Part shown: piece by piece, positions 39,600 to 53,239 of the stretch
Position numbering within the stretch: position 1 is the stretch's first letter
Layout: every line of letters begins with the position of its first letter
Assembly: GCF_006345805.1 (NCBI RefSeq)
Contig: NC_042997.1
Coordinates: forward strand, 76,446,001 to 76,510,000
DNA from: Octopus sinensis
Lineage: Eukaryota
Reading direction: 5' to 3'
Length of the DNA: 64,000 bases
Notes under the pieces: generated by a model
What the model saw: only the letters and a program-made list of their open reading frames with translations
What the model was told of the DNA's origin: nothing
Databases searched by the model: none
Program-made: the position numbers and the translations under genes

Positions 39600-41212
39600 A
39601 TCAGATTGCTAGGGCGTGACACTTTCTCACACAGCTGTCCTCACCCATACACAACACATGACCATACCAGTGCAGTTGTCTCTCTTGCACATCACATCTG
39701 ATGCTTCTTATGTCCAATTTTTCTCTTAGGGCACTTAGACTCTGTTGTGTATGTACACTGACATTACACATCCAGTGGAGCATACTGGCTTCATTTCTTG
39801 CAAGCTTACGCATGTCCTCAGCAGTCACGGTCCATGTTTCACTGCCATGTAGCATGGCTGTTCGCACACACATGTCATACAATCTGCCTTTTACTCTGAG
39901 CATGAGGCCCTTTGTCACCAGCAGAGGTAGGAGCTCTCTGAACTTTGCCCAGGCTATTCTTATTCTAGCAGCTACACTCTCAGAGTACTCACCCCCACTA
40001 CTGACCTGGTCACCTAGGTAATGGAGCTATCAACTGCTTCTAGATTTTGCCCCTGGCATGTGACAGAAGCTGGTTTCTGCACATTTTCAGTGTTTGTTAC
40101 CCCTAAGTATTTGCCACACAAAAACTATCTTCTCAGTTAGCCTTCCTTTGATATTGCTGCACCTCTTATGTGTCCATAGCTTACATCAGGTACATCTTAT
40201 GGAGTTTCTACATATGCTTTTTCTACAGACCAAACAGGGCCATTTACCTGAAGGGATTTGTGATTCGATTCCCTTTCTAATTATTAAGACTTTTGTTTTT
40301 GTAGATTGACTCTAAGACCCTTCGATTCTAGATCTTGCTTCCACACCTGTAACTTCTCCTCTAGTTCTGATGGTGACTCAGTTATTAGAGCAAGGTCATC
40401 AGTCTACAGAAGCTCCCAGGAGCTTCCTGTCCCGAATTCCTCTGTTATTGCCTAGAGGACTATGATGAATAAGAGGAGGCTGAGGACTGATCCTTGGTGG
40501 ACCCCTACCTGGAATTCTTCACTATACTCATTGCCAACCCTCACTTTACTGACAGCATCCCTGTACATGGCTTATACAGCTCTCTCTAATCACTCATCTA
40601 TCCCTAGTTTCTGCATGCATTGACCACCAGATAAGGAGACGGGGGGACCCCGTCAAAAGCTTTCTCCATGTCAGTGAAAGCCAGGTACAGAGATTTATCT
40701 TTGGCTAGGTATTTTTCCTGCAGCTGTCTTATCAGAAATATAGCATCAGTGGTGCTTTTCCCTGGCACAAACCCAAACTGCATCTCGTCTAAACTAACTC
40801 TCTCCTTAATTAGTTGGGCTATGACCCTCTCTGTGACTTTCATTACCTGATCCAACAACGTAATATCTCTGTAATTATTCGTATCTAATGCATCACCTTT
40901 ACCTTTGTAGCAGTTGACTATAGTGCTGCTATACTGGTCATTGCGTATGACTCCTTCATGTATCACCTGATTGACTATATGAGTGACTAGACACCACCTA
41001 ATATTTAAAGCATCTGTGCAGTGATTCCTGATGGCCTGGGGGCTTTTCCTGTCTTCATACCCTTAATTGCTTTATCTCCCAAAGTACTGTCGATTTGGAT
41101 AGCTGATTTCTCTGTTGAGTTGGCATTCAGCAGACTGTATTCTTCCCATTCATTGTCTTCATTTAGCAACCTTTCATAGTGGTGTCTCCAAGTCTTGCTC
41201 TTTGCAGCCTCA
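39600..41212 (-). mobile_element. RTE-clade LINE RT fragment, cut off by a piggyBac at TTAA
   Basis: QFGFVPGKSTTDAIF, LAFTDMEKAFD, HQGSVLSLLLF, KGRLYDMCVRTAMLHGSETW. Confidence 0.88.
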
Positions 41213-41216
41213 TTAA

Positions 41217-42110
41217 CCCTTTCGTTACTATATTTCTGACCAAAATACACCCCTTATGTGATTCAATTAATTTCTAACATAATCATAAATTTAGTCTGGT
41301 TTCATTAAACAACTATAACTTTTTTATATATCAATATATTAATGTGATTTTTGGAAGATAATTTAATGAAATGTTCTCAACCAATTCTAAACTATAATTT
41401 ATGTCACAAAGTGACTCTAATTGCAGGTAGATACAGGTAAATACAGGTAAATTCAACAAAATATAAAATTATTAAAATTTTTGTTCAAACATCGCTATAG
41501 AAACTGGGTTATTAGCTAATATTCAATTGGGTATACAACAAAATTTTACTATAGAATTTGTTATTCTGGGTAACTTTCTGATACCCATAATAATATTTAT
41601 GGCAAAATAAGCCTTAATTTCATTTAAGGTTGTGGGAAAACCACAAACTATCCCTTCTTTCGCTTTGTTTACATTTAGCGTAAAGGTTCGTTTCCACCGT
41701 AATTTTCTGATACCCATAATAATATTTATGGGTAACTTTCTGATACCCATAATAATATTCATGGCAAAATAAGCCTTAATTTCATTTAAGGTTGTGGGAA
41801 ACCACAAACTATCCTTTCTTTCGCTTTGTTTACATTTAGCGTAACGGTTCGTTTCCGCTGTAATTTTCTGATACCCATAATATTTATGGGTAACTTTCTG
41901 ATACCCATAATAATATTTATGGCAAAACAGGCCTTAATTTCATTTAGGGTTGTGGGAAATAACAAACTATCCTTTCTTTCGCTTTGTTTACATTTAGCGT
42001 AACGGTTCGTTTCCGCTGTAATGATTTCAAATAGGTGCATTCGAGAAAGTAAAAAGAAATAGTCTAAGGCTTTACTCTCCTGAGAAAGATTGTGGCTTGA
42101 TCCAGAAATA
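41217..42110 (-). mobile_element. piggyBac copy (same family as 22416) with internal tandem triplication; left end lost
   Basis: TTAA|ccctttcgttactatatttctgacc matches the right TIR of the 22416 element; three ~160 bp repeats encoding FPTTLNEIKA.FAINIIMGIRKL. Confidence 0.88.
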
Positions 42111-42116
42111 ACTACA

Positions 42117-42481
42117 TCATTATCATCATCATCGCCATTGTTTAATGTCTGCTTTCCATGCTGGCATGGGTTGGATAGTTTGACTGAAGGCTGGCAAGCC
42201 AGAAGGCTGCACCAGGCTCCAATCTGATCCGGCAAAGTTTCTACAGCTGGATACTCTTCCTATTGCCAACCACTCCGAGAATGTAGTGAGTGCTTTTTAC
42301 GTGCCACATAAAAAGCACCCACTACACTCACGGAGTGGTTGGTGTTAGGAAGGGCATCCAGCTGTAGAAACACTGCCAGATCTGACTGGCCTGGTGCAGC
42401 CTTCGGGCTTCCCAGACATTAGTTGAACCGTCCAACCCATGCTAGCATGGAAGGCGGACATTAAACGATGATGATGATGAT
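42117..42481. mobile_element. Head-to-head pair of RTE 3' tails forming a ~365 bp fold-back
   Basis: (ATC)n...gtgctttttacgtg|ccacataaaaagcac...(GAT)n, centre ~42304. Confidence 0.85.
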
Positions 42482-43243
42482 TCACTGTCTGTTATTTACA
42501 CTGCATTCCTTTTTGTTTGTTTGTGACTCTAATTGCAGGTAGATACAGGTAAATACAGGTAAATTCAACAAAATATAAAATTATTAAAATTTTTGTTCAA
42601 ACATCGCTATAGAAACTGGGTTATTAGCTAATATTCAATTGGGTATACAACAAAATTTTACTATAGAATTTGTTATTCTGGGTAACTTTCTGATACCCAT
42701 AATAATATTTATGACCTGTTGAGGCAAGCGAAGTTGAAATCGAATTCGAAATTGAACCAATCCTATGACTGGCACCCGGCAGTTGCCAGGGCCGCTGGAC
42801 TGACTCCTGTGCAGGTGGCAAGTAAAGAAGAAGCAAGTAAAGTTAATGACACGGTTTTCGAGAGTTAAGTAAACTACACTAACTTTCTTCCTAATTAATT
42901 GAGCTATGACCCTTTTTGTGCCTTTCATCACCTAGTTCAGCAATTTGATGCCTCTGTAATTGTTTCTGTCTAAGGCGTCACATTTGCCTTTGTAGCAGTT
43001 GACTACAATGTTGTTACACCAGTCATTGGGTATGACGTCTTCATGGACAACCTAATTAACAATATTTGGTGACTAGGCTATATCCTACTTTGCTAGATAT
43101 TTTAAGCATCTCAGCGGTGATTCCTGATGGGCCTGGGGCTTCCCTTGTCTTCATATCTTTAATTACTTTATCTACCAAGGTACTGTCAATTTGGATAGCT
43201 GGCAGGGAAATAATGAAGCAGTATAGGTAAATAGATAAATAAA

Positions 43244-43274
<31 letters not shown>

Positions 43275-43280
43275 TAATAA

Positions 43281-45372
43281 TCATTTAACGTCCGTTTTCC
43301 ATGCTAGCATAGGTTGGATGGTTCAACTGGGGTCTGGGAAGCCAGGCGGCTGCACCAGGCCCCAGTCTGATCTGGCAGTGTTTCTACAGCTGGATGCCCT
43401 TCCTAACGCCAACCACTCCATGAGTATAGTGGGTGCTCTTTATATGTCACTGGCACAAAGGCCAGAGGAGGCTGGCAACGGCCACGATTGGTTGGTGCTT
43501 TTTTATGTGCCACCGGCACGGAAACCAGTCAAGGTGGCACTGGCATCGGCCACGTTCGGACAGTGCTTTTATGTACCACTGGCATGGGTATCACAACTAC
43601 AATTTTCATTTGATTTTTATTTTGATGTTGATGTACTTGACTCAATAGGTCTCCTCAAGCACAGCAGGTCACCCTATGATCCAAGGTACTTTGAGTGGGC
43701 TGGGGCTGGTTATGTGAAGCTGGTGTAGGATACAGCCATGAACTCACTTTATTTGTTGGATCTTCGCAGTCATAGCATATCTCCAGTGGTTTCGGTCTCT
43801 TGTCATTATCTCTGTGAGGCCCAACGTTAGAAAGTTATGCTTGAACACTTCATCCCATGTCATCCTAGGTCTACCTCTACCCTGGATTCCTTCAACTGTT
43901 TGGGAGTGGCACTTATTGATACATCTCTCATCATCCATCCGTAGAACATTACCATACCAGCGCAAATGTCTCTCTTGCATGCCACATCCGATGCTTCTTA
44001 TGTCCAACATTTCTCTCAGGGTGCTTACACTCTGTAGAGTATGCACACTGACATTACACATCAAGCAGATCATGCTAGCTTCATTTCTTTCGAGCCTACG
44101 CATGTCCTCCACAGTCACAGCCCATGTTTCACTGCCATGAAGCATGGCAGTTCACACACATGCATCTTACAATCTACCTTTCACACTGAGCGAGAGGCCC
44201 TTTGTCACTAGTAAGAGTAGAAGCTTTCTAAACTTTGCCCAGGCTATTCTTATGTTCTATGAGCATCCACCTCCCACTACTAACTTGGCCACTTAGGTAG
44301 CGGAAGCTATCAAGTACTTCTAGTTTCTCCCCTTGGAATGTGATGGAATCTGTTTTCTGAGTATCTGTGGTGTTTATTGCCCCTCTGCATCTGCTGCACA
44401 CAAAAGCTATCTTCTCGGTTAATCTTCCTTTGATGTTGCTGCACCTCTTATGTGTCCATAGCTTACACTAGGTACATCTTATGGAGAGTCTACCTACACC
44501 TTTTCTACAGATCAAGCAGGGCCACCTACCTGAGGGTGTGTGTGGTGAGTTTGCCTTCCTACTTACTTGAACTTTGGTCTTTGCTACATTGACTCTAAGG
44601 CCTTTTGATTCTAAACCTTGCTTCCACACCTAGAATTTCTTTTCTTGTTCCAGTAGTGATTCTGCTATGAGGGCCAGGTCATCAGCATAGAGGAGCTCCC
44701 AGGGGCAACCCGTCTTGAATTCATCTGCTATTGCCTGGAGGACTATAATGGATAAAAAGGGATTGAGGGCTGAACCTTGGTGGACCCCTACTGCTACCTG
44801 GAATTATTCACTATAATCATGCCAATCCTAGCCTTACTAATGGCCTCTCTGTTTAGGGCCTGTATAGCCCTTATTAACCATTCGTCAATCTCCAGTTTCC
44901 ACATCACCCACCAGATAAGGGATCGGGGGACCCTCTCAAAGGCTTTCTCCAAGTCCACAAAAGCTAAGTATAGGGGTTTATCTTTAGCTAGGTATTTCTC
45001 CTGCAGTTGTCGAACCAGGAATATGGCATCAGTGGTGCTTCTACCCGGCACAAAACTGAACTGCATCTCATCTAAGCAGACTCTCTCTCTAATGAGATGG
45101 GCTATGACCCTCTCTGTGACCTTCATCACCTGATCCAACAGTTTGATACCCCTGTAGCTATTTCTGTTTAGAGCATCACCTTTACCCTTTTAGCAGTTGA
45201 CTATGGTGCTGCTATGTCAGTCATTGGGTATGACTCCATCATGAACTACCTGTTTTACAATACAGGTGACTAGGCCATAGTCCACACCACCAGCTGTTTT
45301 AAGCATCTCAGCAGTGATTCCTGATGGGCCAGGGTATTTTCCTGGCTTCATACTCTTAATTGCTTTATCTGT
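43281..45372 (-). mobile_element. 5'-truncated RTE LINE with complete 3' UTR, flanked by (AAT)n
   Basis: RT motifs (FVDLEKAFE, HQGSALNPFL, LYADD, MLHGSETW, GRGRPR) run contiguously into the tail family seen elsewhere in the window. Confidence 0.9.
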
Positions 45373-45378
45373 CTATTC

Positions 45379-45410
<32 letters not shown>

Positions 45411-45747
45411 TTAATAATAATGACAGTAATATGAGCACTAGAAAGTGAGTTAGAAGTAATGCTAGGTTGGACAAACAAAGTTGCTTATCTGAACATTTCT
45501 TTGTAATATGTACACTCAGTATGCCAAGTACTGCAAATGTGTGTATGTAAATAGCACACACACATGCACACATAGAATCACCTAAATCAAAATATTCACA
45601 GATGTGTATTTATACATACAGATCCACATAACATCACACATATGTATGCATTTATATGTACGCATTCATCCATACTTATATCTGAGTTTAGTTGGACTTA
45701 TGGACAATTTAATGATACAATGAAACATGATATAAATATTACAATAG

Positions 45748-46065
45748 CAATAATTTCATGCAGGTATTGTGTATGGTAATCAACTGGTCTGTTCATGCAA
45801 ATTTGTTTGAAGAGCAGTCCATCATTATATATTCTTGTGCAGTCCATCTTTAATTGTATTAATGATATTGCATGTCTATAAGTGTTAGTAGGATAAGCAA
45901 TTTTTCATGCAACGTATGATCCACGGAAAGGCTCATGGACAGTATTGAGATATCCTGTGTTGTTGAGCGTAGGTAATGGTGTGCTCACTGCTTAGAAGGC
46001 AATATGTAGGGATTGCATGAACAGACCAGTTGATTAGCACATATGATACATGCATGAAATTATTG
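45748..46065. mobile_element. MITE-like element with ~53 bp inverted repeats
   Basis: caataatttcatgca...taatcaactggtctgttcatgcaa versus ttgcatgaacagaccagttgatta...tgcatgaaattattg. Confidence 0.7.
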
Positions 46066-46784
46066 TTGACATTATTGTTGTTATTATATTGCTTTATGTC
46101 TGAGAACAACTCTAGAATCAACTTCTAAAACCACTTCTGCACGAAGTGCACACATTTTTATCCTAAGCAGAACAATTAATGTCCAATGCAAAGCTTGTTT
46201 TTTTTTGGTTTTTGTTCAATGTCAAAGATGTATTTTATTTTTGAGAGGTTTGTTGCATTTAAAGTACTACAATGGTCCAAAGCACCAATGTGATATTTTA
46301 TATTTATACTTAAAATTTAAATCATGCTTGTGATAATACACATTTTTCTTAAAATATATAAAATATGTAACATAAAAGCCCTGTAGATATTCTGCAGTAG
46401 TTTTATAAGTAATTTTTGAATTTTATGTTTACAAATCATTGATTAATCTTGAGGGCCAATTAATTAGTATGTGAGTGCATACATGCACATGCACATTTAG
46501 AGGAATTTGAAGCATTAGATTAGATGTAATGAATAGAATGATATTTTGATTTAGAAGTTGTAGATTAGTAACTTTGCAATTCATTGTTTACATTAGTTAT
46601 ATTTCAATTTACAAAATTAATTTATACTTCCTTTAAAAATTCCATTCAGTATTGCCTTTATCTTCTATATTGTAAATATTTCATTTAAGGTATTAAAGAT
46701 AGGCAATAATTAGAAATATTTTCATTTACCTATTTGAATAGTTACTTCATGAATAAAATTAGAAAATGGTTTTATCTTTTGCAG

Positions 46785-46926
46785 CTTGTAAGCTGTGTGA
46801 ATGTAATGGCCATGGAGATGCCTCATTGGGTGAGTGTCACAATCAAACTGGAAAATGTTTCTGTAAAGATGATACTAAGGGCTTTCATTGTCAACATTGC
46901 TTGAATGATTATTATGGAAATCCCAG
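46785..46926 (+). CDS. MEGF8: MEGF8-like internal exon 5 (laminin-EGF)
   Basis: tcttttgcag acceptor, GTAGGT donor; CKLCECNGHGDASLGECHNQTGKCFCKDDTKGFHCQHCLNDYYGNP; missed by the ORF track. Confidence 0.92.
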
Positions 46927-47132
46927 GTAGGTACATAAATATGCTAAATTCGTTTATCAGTAATTTTTAGTAACAGATTACATGTTCACTAATTTTCAAG
47001 AAAAATTTCCATTTTCATGTTTTAAATGCATTTGAGAGAGAAAATTTTCAGTAGGTGAGTGCAAAATAAATGAAGTGGTGAACTATATGGGTATAATGAT
47101 GATAATGGTAGTTATCTGTAAGTATATGCACA

Positions 47133-47175
<43 letters not shown>

Positions 47176-47189
47176 ATGTGTGTATGTAC

Positions 47190-47797
47190 ATATAAATTTG
47201 ACATCAGTGGTTCTTTCTTGTCTTGAGATTCATGGTCAAATGGCTGGGTGGAATTGCATGAAAAATTACACAGATGTGTAGAATGATCCAGTGGTGATAC
47301 AGGGTTTTGTATTTTTTCATAGCTCCCATGGTTACCGAGATAATCTTCTATAATAATACTCTTGTGTTTATGAATGAGAAAGGAAGGGGTGATAGATGAA
47401 TAAGGAAGGAAGGGGTGATGTCATACTTGGTAGTGGGATGATGAAAATTGTATGCTGAAAAATAAATGAATCAGCGTTTCAACTCTGTGTGAATATATGT
47501 GTGTGTATGTAAAAGGAGGGTATGTGAATGTGTGTGTGTTTGTGTGTGAGTGCGTGTGCGCACGCAATGGAAGTGGGATAGTTCATCTTTGTTTGCTTAG
47601 TATTTGGGCTTATTTTTAGATTTGGTTGAATCTTGGTTTTTTTTTTGTTGGTCAGTTATTTATAGTGTTTTGACAGAAAAAAGTCATTCTAAATTTCTTT
47701 TTTAATGTATGTGTACCCAAAGAAGTCGAATGTTTACACAGAGCAGGTTTTACAGCCACATCATCTAAGCTGACTGGGTGAAACTGGGCTAGCTGCT
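47190..47797 (+). mobile_element. Degenerate non-autonomous Helitron-like element
   Basis: Helitron-like 5' motif (atggctgggtggaattgcatgaaaaattacaca) and 3' ctgggtgaaactgggctagctgcta; an RTE tail follows (47800-48093). Confidence 0.5.
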
Positions 47798-48397
47798 ATC
47801 GAGTGAGGTCGTTGCTAGTGCCGCTGGACTGGCTCCTGTGCAGGTGGTACATAAAAAAACACCATTTGAGCATGGCCGTTGCCAGTACCGCCTGACTGGC
47901 CCTTGTGCCAGTGGCACGTAAAAGCACCCACTACACTCTCAGAGTGGTTAACGTTAGGAAGGGCATCCAGCTGTAGAAACTCTACCAGATCAAGATTGGT
48001 GCCTGGTGCAGCCATTTGGTTTGCCAGTCCTCAGTCAAATCGTCCAACCCATGCTAGCATGGAAAGCGGACGTTAAACAATGATGATGATGATATATATA
48101 GATACACACACACACATACACACATATGCATATATATATAAATATATATAAATATAATTGAAACACTCCTGTCACGACCTGGGACCTTGAAGACTGCTAT
48201 AATGCAAGAAAGTATACTAGACCCTTTATATTTTATATTCAATATTTCATCTATTCAATAAGACAATCAATACTTGATTTCATTTTACTATATATATTAT
48301 TTATACTATATATTCTATATTCTACATTAATACTATAAAGAATATAAATAGAACATAAATTACAGACAGAGTTGGAATTTCTTTGAATAATATATAA

Positions 48398-48440
<43 letters not shown>

Positions 48441-48899
48441 AATATATATATCTTTATCATCATCATCATCATCATTTAATGTATGTTGTCCATGGTTTGA
48501 CCAGAGTTGGCAATCTGGGGAGCTGCACCAAACTTCAGTCTCATTTGGTCTGGTTTTTATGGCTGGATGCCCTTCCTAAAGCCAACAACTTTACAAAGTG
48601 TACTGGGTGCTTATATGTGGCACTGCAAGGGTGCTTTTAAGTGGTGTTGCACAACACTTTTACACAGCATTGCATGGGCACTTTTATGTGGAACTGCATG
48701 GGCGCTTTTAAGTGGCACCACCATGATTGCTTCTTATGTGGCATCAGCCCAGGTTTTTTTGCAAGTCACTCCTCACCATCAGGGAAACTGGTCTTAACAC
48801 CTCTACTGCAGAGTATGGGTCTTCTTGAGTACAGCAAGGTGCCAAGCATCTTGGTCCTTTATCATCTTGCCTGAAAAGTTCAGTGTCCTGAGGTTGTCA

Positions 48900-49790
48900 A
48901 GTTGTGGTATAGTGTTTTTAGCAACATCTGCTCATTGCATTTGATGTCACTCATGGTAGTATGAAATGTTATCACAGATCAGTAGTTAGCTGGTCATTCA
49001 ATGGGGCATTAACATATTAGCAGTAGCAGACTTTACATGGGAGTAGCTATATTTGATGGTTTTTGGTTGAAGTTGAAGCTGGGTGATCAGCATGGGTAAG
49101 GTTGTAGTCCATACTGGTGGTAGCCAAACTTTGAATGATATATCTGGCGTGTCAGCTGCCAGTGGCTAGAATTTCATCAACAGAGCATACATATGGTGAA
49201 AAGAATAAGATGGTTCATTCTTCCTGTTGCTAGATAATGCAGCTTAAAGAAGTTTGTGTAGTCTCTTGTGGAGACAAAGTTGGCAATTGTGAGTTCCAAG
49301 TGACTGGTAGGTGGGGCCTGTCAATGAGGGAAGTTGTTCTGATAGATAGTTGTTGAGTCTTCATATGAAGTGGGACATCGAGTTGGAATTTTCCATATCC
49401 ATGCACTGAAGTAGTGCATATACTGTGTACACCTTTTGTTAAAGCCATTGGCTGTCATGCTTGTGTAGTACCTTGTGATGCCATTGGATGGTGTAACTCT
49501 ATAGGCTACAGCTTTTAAGAAGCAGGATCCTCTCAATACAGTTAAGATGTGGATTGGAGCCTGTTATAGCATGCAATGTTTAAAATGATGTCTAAGCAGA
49601 AGTAACTGACCTTAATATTGCAGTGACTGAAGAGTTTATATTAGTTATGGGTTCAAGGGAAATGTTTTCTAATTAGCTTCAGGAAGCTCCTTGCTATGTT
49701 AGTTGAAACTTTAGGTTAAATGGAGGGTTGGACCAGATTCTTTTTCTCTTTCTAATTCTCATTGGGGTTGGAGTTGGCTTGGGGTGCCTT

Positions 49791-49838
<48 letters not shown>

Positions 49839-51655
49839 ATATCCACTCTTTGCTAATGCTCAGTATAGTGTGTGCACACATGGGACCCTGTTGAAGATGT
49901 CTCTGTCTGCCAACAGTTTTGAGATTCTTCTACTTGTGTCTGTGACCAGATTTCTAATTACAGCTGGTGTGAGGCTGGAGTTTATGTTGATGTAAACTGT
50001 TTCCTTAGGCTCTCTGTAAGGGTGGTGCTGGCTTGTCTTTAAGTTCAAGGTTACATCCAGAGAGATAACCATGGTCAAATTGTTGATTGTTATAGCTAGG
50101 CTTTCTTTGAAGATCTTTATCAGACTCTTCCTGAACTTGTCCAAAGTATGGCCATTCTTATGGTTTGAAATCAACCCTATACAGAGGCAAGCTATGGGGT
50201 GAATATGTGCTTCCTTAGAGTATCCAGGTTGAGTAATCCAATGTGATTTTGATCTTGTCCCCATCATAGTTCCTTATTGATGTGTTGATGAGTGGGTTAC
50301 TTTCCCTCTTTAATCAGTAGGGATCATTGTGAACCAAGGTTGTCTTTCTAGAGTCTATGATGATACTGATATCAAGGTTGCTGATTTTGGTGAATTGCAT
50401 GTCAAAGCTTAAAGCCTTCCTGAGGTGGGTTTTTTATATTGAAGGGTAAAAATCCAAGATATTGAACTAGGGGAACTTGCAGGCTGAATGCTTGCTCTTC
50501 AGTATTGTTTTCCACCTTCTACTCTTCAGATCTTACTGTGATGAGTTCTGGATCCACATGAACATTGAGCAAAATGATTCATAAACTCAACAGCCCTGAT
50601 TGTTCCATCATCTGAGCATTCAATTTCCCTATTGATCTCATTTTCAAGTATCAGGACCTCATCCCCTCTCTTTTAGTTGCTTCCCTTCCATTTAACATCA
50701 ATGACATGAAATATGCTCTTTGCATTTTCAATTCCATTTTCTTTTCTCTTGATCCTTCTCACCTCTTCTACACCTTGGATTTCATATCCCTCTATACTGT
50801 CATCCTCCATAGTCTCCTGGCCCTCCACTACTCCCTCAATTATCACACTATCCTCACATCCAGTACACTCACTCTTCTCTGGCTTGTAAAACTTATGCTC
50901 ACACTTAACTGCTTCTCATTTGGTGATGTGATCTACTTGCTGAGGGAACAAGAATTGGCCACTATATTGACAACTTATTTGAAAGCTATGTTGAGGTCCA
51001 AATCATGGAGTTCACTGGACTTGCCCCAGACTTATACATAAATGACTGTATTGTTGCAACCGTCTTCTACAAACAACTGAATAACTTAATCTCTTTCATC
51101 AACTCTTTCCATTCCTCTCTTCAATTCACTTCCATCATTTCTGAATCCTCTATTAACTTTTTGGACGTCTCTTACTCCATGAGTCAACCAAGCCGCTCCT
51201 TTACCATATTGCTTTCTTTAAAGACACTGTTTCCTATTCTTGAATTGACTTTTCTTTCTCCTGCCCTTCCCATGCACTATACCTTGCTCCACACCTCTGT
51301 CTCTACCATTTGTGTAACTGCAACCAAGCTTTTGAGACACAGTTTCAGCACTTGGCCTGTCTCTAAGTTGACTGGGCATACCCCTTTCACTCTTGTCCAA
51401 GCCACCCTAACAGGAGCCCACCAAATTGACTGCACACCTGTCCTCACACCCACCTTACTCCCAACTGCATTTCTCTTTTCCCTTTTTTTCCACCCTTCTG
51501 GCATATCTTTTCACTGGAAGTTCCTATATGTCTTCGAACTCCTCCAGTCCAATCCTACTACTGTCCATCTATATGTCAACTCACACCTCTCCTCTTTTAA
51601 ACATGCCCCAAACCTGCTCAACTTACTGTTCTGTAGCGCATCTCTCCTATTCTGA
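48900..51655. mobile_element. Two degenerate Penelope-like RT fragments (minus ~48900-50520, plus ~50540-51655)
   Basis: SLDVTLNL...PYREP...YINI.S (minus); LDFISLYT.I.H, LTLNCFSF, YINDC, FINSFHSSLQFT..ISESSINFLDVS (plus). Confidence 0.65.
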
Positions 51656-51971
51656 TCACTTTCCCATCACTTTCTCTCTATAACATCGTTTGACAGTGTC
51701 AACTATCTTTCCCCCACTGCATTCACTCTTTCTTCCACATCCTCTCTCTCTCTACGTCTGTCTGCATTCATAGAGAGAATTATTATTGCCACCAGCACCA
51801 CACAATCATGAGAACAAATATTATGAATCGGATATTTATTGGGTTAATTTATATATGTGTGTGTTCTATATATAAATATGTATATATACTGTATATACAA
51901 AGTGTGTATATCTGTGTATATATATATATATAATTTGTATACATTTGTATATATAATGCCTATATATGTAC

Positions 51972-51999
<28 letters not shown>

Positions 52000-52006
<7 letters not shown>

Positions 52007-52878
52007 ATGTGTGCATTATGTGGTCAGTTGAGCTGAAAATATGCACACCTATGTTAAAAGTGCTGGCGAGTTTGCATGCCAACTATTTTTTTCCTCAAAT
52101 GAAGGGTGTGACCTGTAGGACAAAATTCCTCATTTTATAAAATGTGGCCCAAGTAGACCCGAATGAAATCAGGTTATATTAACCAAAATGTGAAAAGGGG
52201 TCTAAATGGGACTGGAAGGGGATTAAAATTTACAGGAGCGGGTGTTTAGGAATTCTCTGTTACATCAAGCTAAAAAATTTTCGCCACCCTTTAAATCTTC
52301 AATGTGTTGCCGTTCATGATGAAGAAATTTTGAATGCTTGCCATGGTGAGTCTACTGTTGTGAGAAAGAATCACTTCAAATCTTGGTGTTTAGGAATTTT
52401 CTTTTACATCAAGTTCAAAATTTTACACCAGCCATTAAAGTGCTATTATGTTGCTGTCCGTCGTTAAGAAATACCAGCCATGGTGACTCAGATTGTATCC
52501 CTTCAAACTTTGGTTTCCAATATTTTTTTATTTTTATTCAGCTCACAAGTTCGTTTGTCCCTTTTAAATGTTAGTGTTTTTGCTGTCTGCCTTGAAGCAG
52601 ACCTTTCCGTTGTCACTGCTTGATATTTATGGTTGATCTTTCAAAATATTTTCTTTCTCAACTTACTCAAGATCTTTTGTTGTTTATAAATGGGAGATAT
52701 ATAGTAAGAGAAAGCAAGAGAGAGTCCGAGAGAAAGGAAGAGTAAGAGAGTGGGAAAGTGAGAGAGAAAGGAGAGAGAAACAAAGAGGGAGAATGTAGTG
52801 ATAAAAAAACAGAAAGGAAGCAACAGAAAGTAACAACCACACTCTTACCCGCGTGTAGAGCGGGTCATCTTAGGCTAG
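52000..52878 (+). mobile_element. Non-autonomous Helitron (3' end well defined, 5' end approximate)
   Basis: ACCCGC-gtgtaga-GCGGGT hairpin, then CTAG|T at 52875-52879. Confidence 0.7.
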
Positions 52879-52880
52879 TT

Positions 52881-52918
<38 letters not shown>

Positions 52919-53239
52919 AGTTAAAAAACATAATAAATGTTAAGTTGAAAAGACTTTTTCAATTCCTGAGCATTATACTAATACATCTGTTTGTTTTCTA
53001 CACCACCTGTCTTTGTCTTTTGTTTTTTTCGTGTATTCTCCCCATATAATACATGCTCACGTGGTCGCACCAGTTGATCCTGTCTCCTCTCGTCACCCAC
53101 GAACTTCTCTACTGGACTTTCTACCTTTCTACCTTTTACAGATTCTCTTTTGGACTTTCTACACTCTGGCTGCACCTCTCCTGCCTATGGATTACACTGG
53201 ACTCTACTGTTGATATATATATATATATGTATATTTCTG

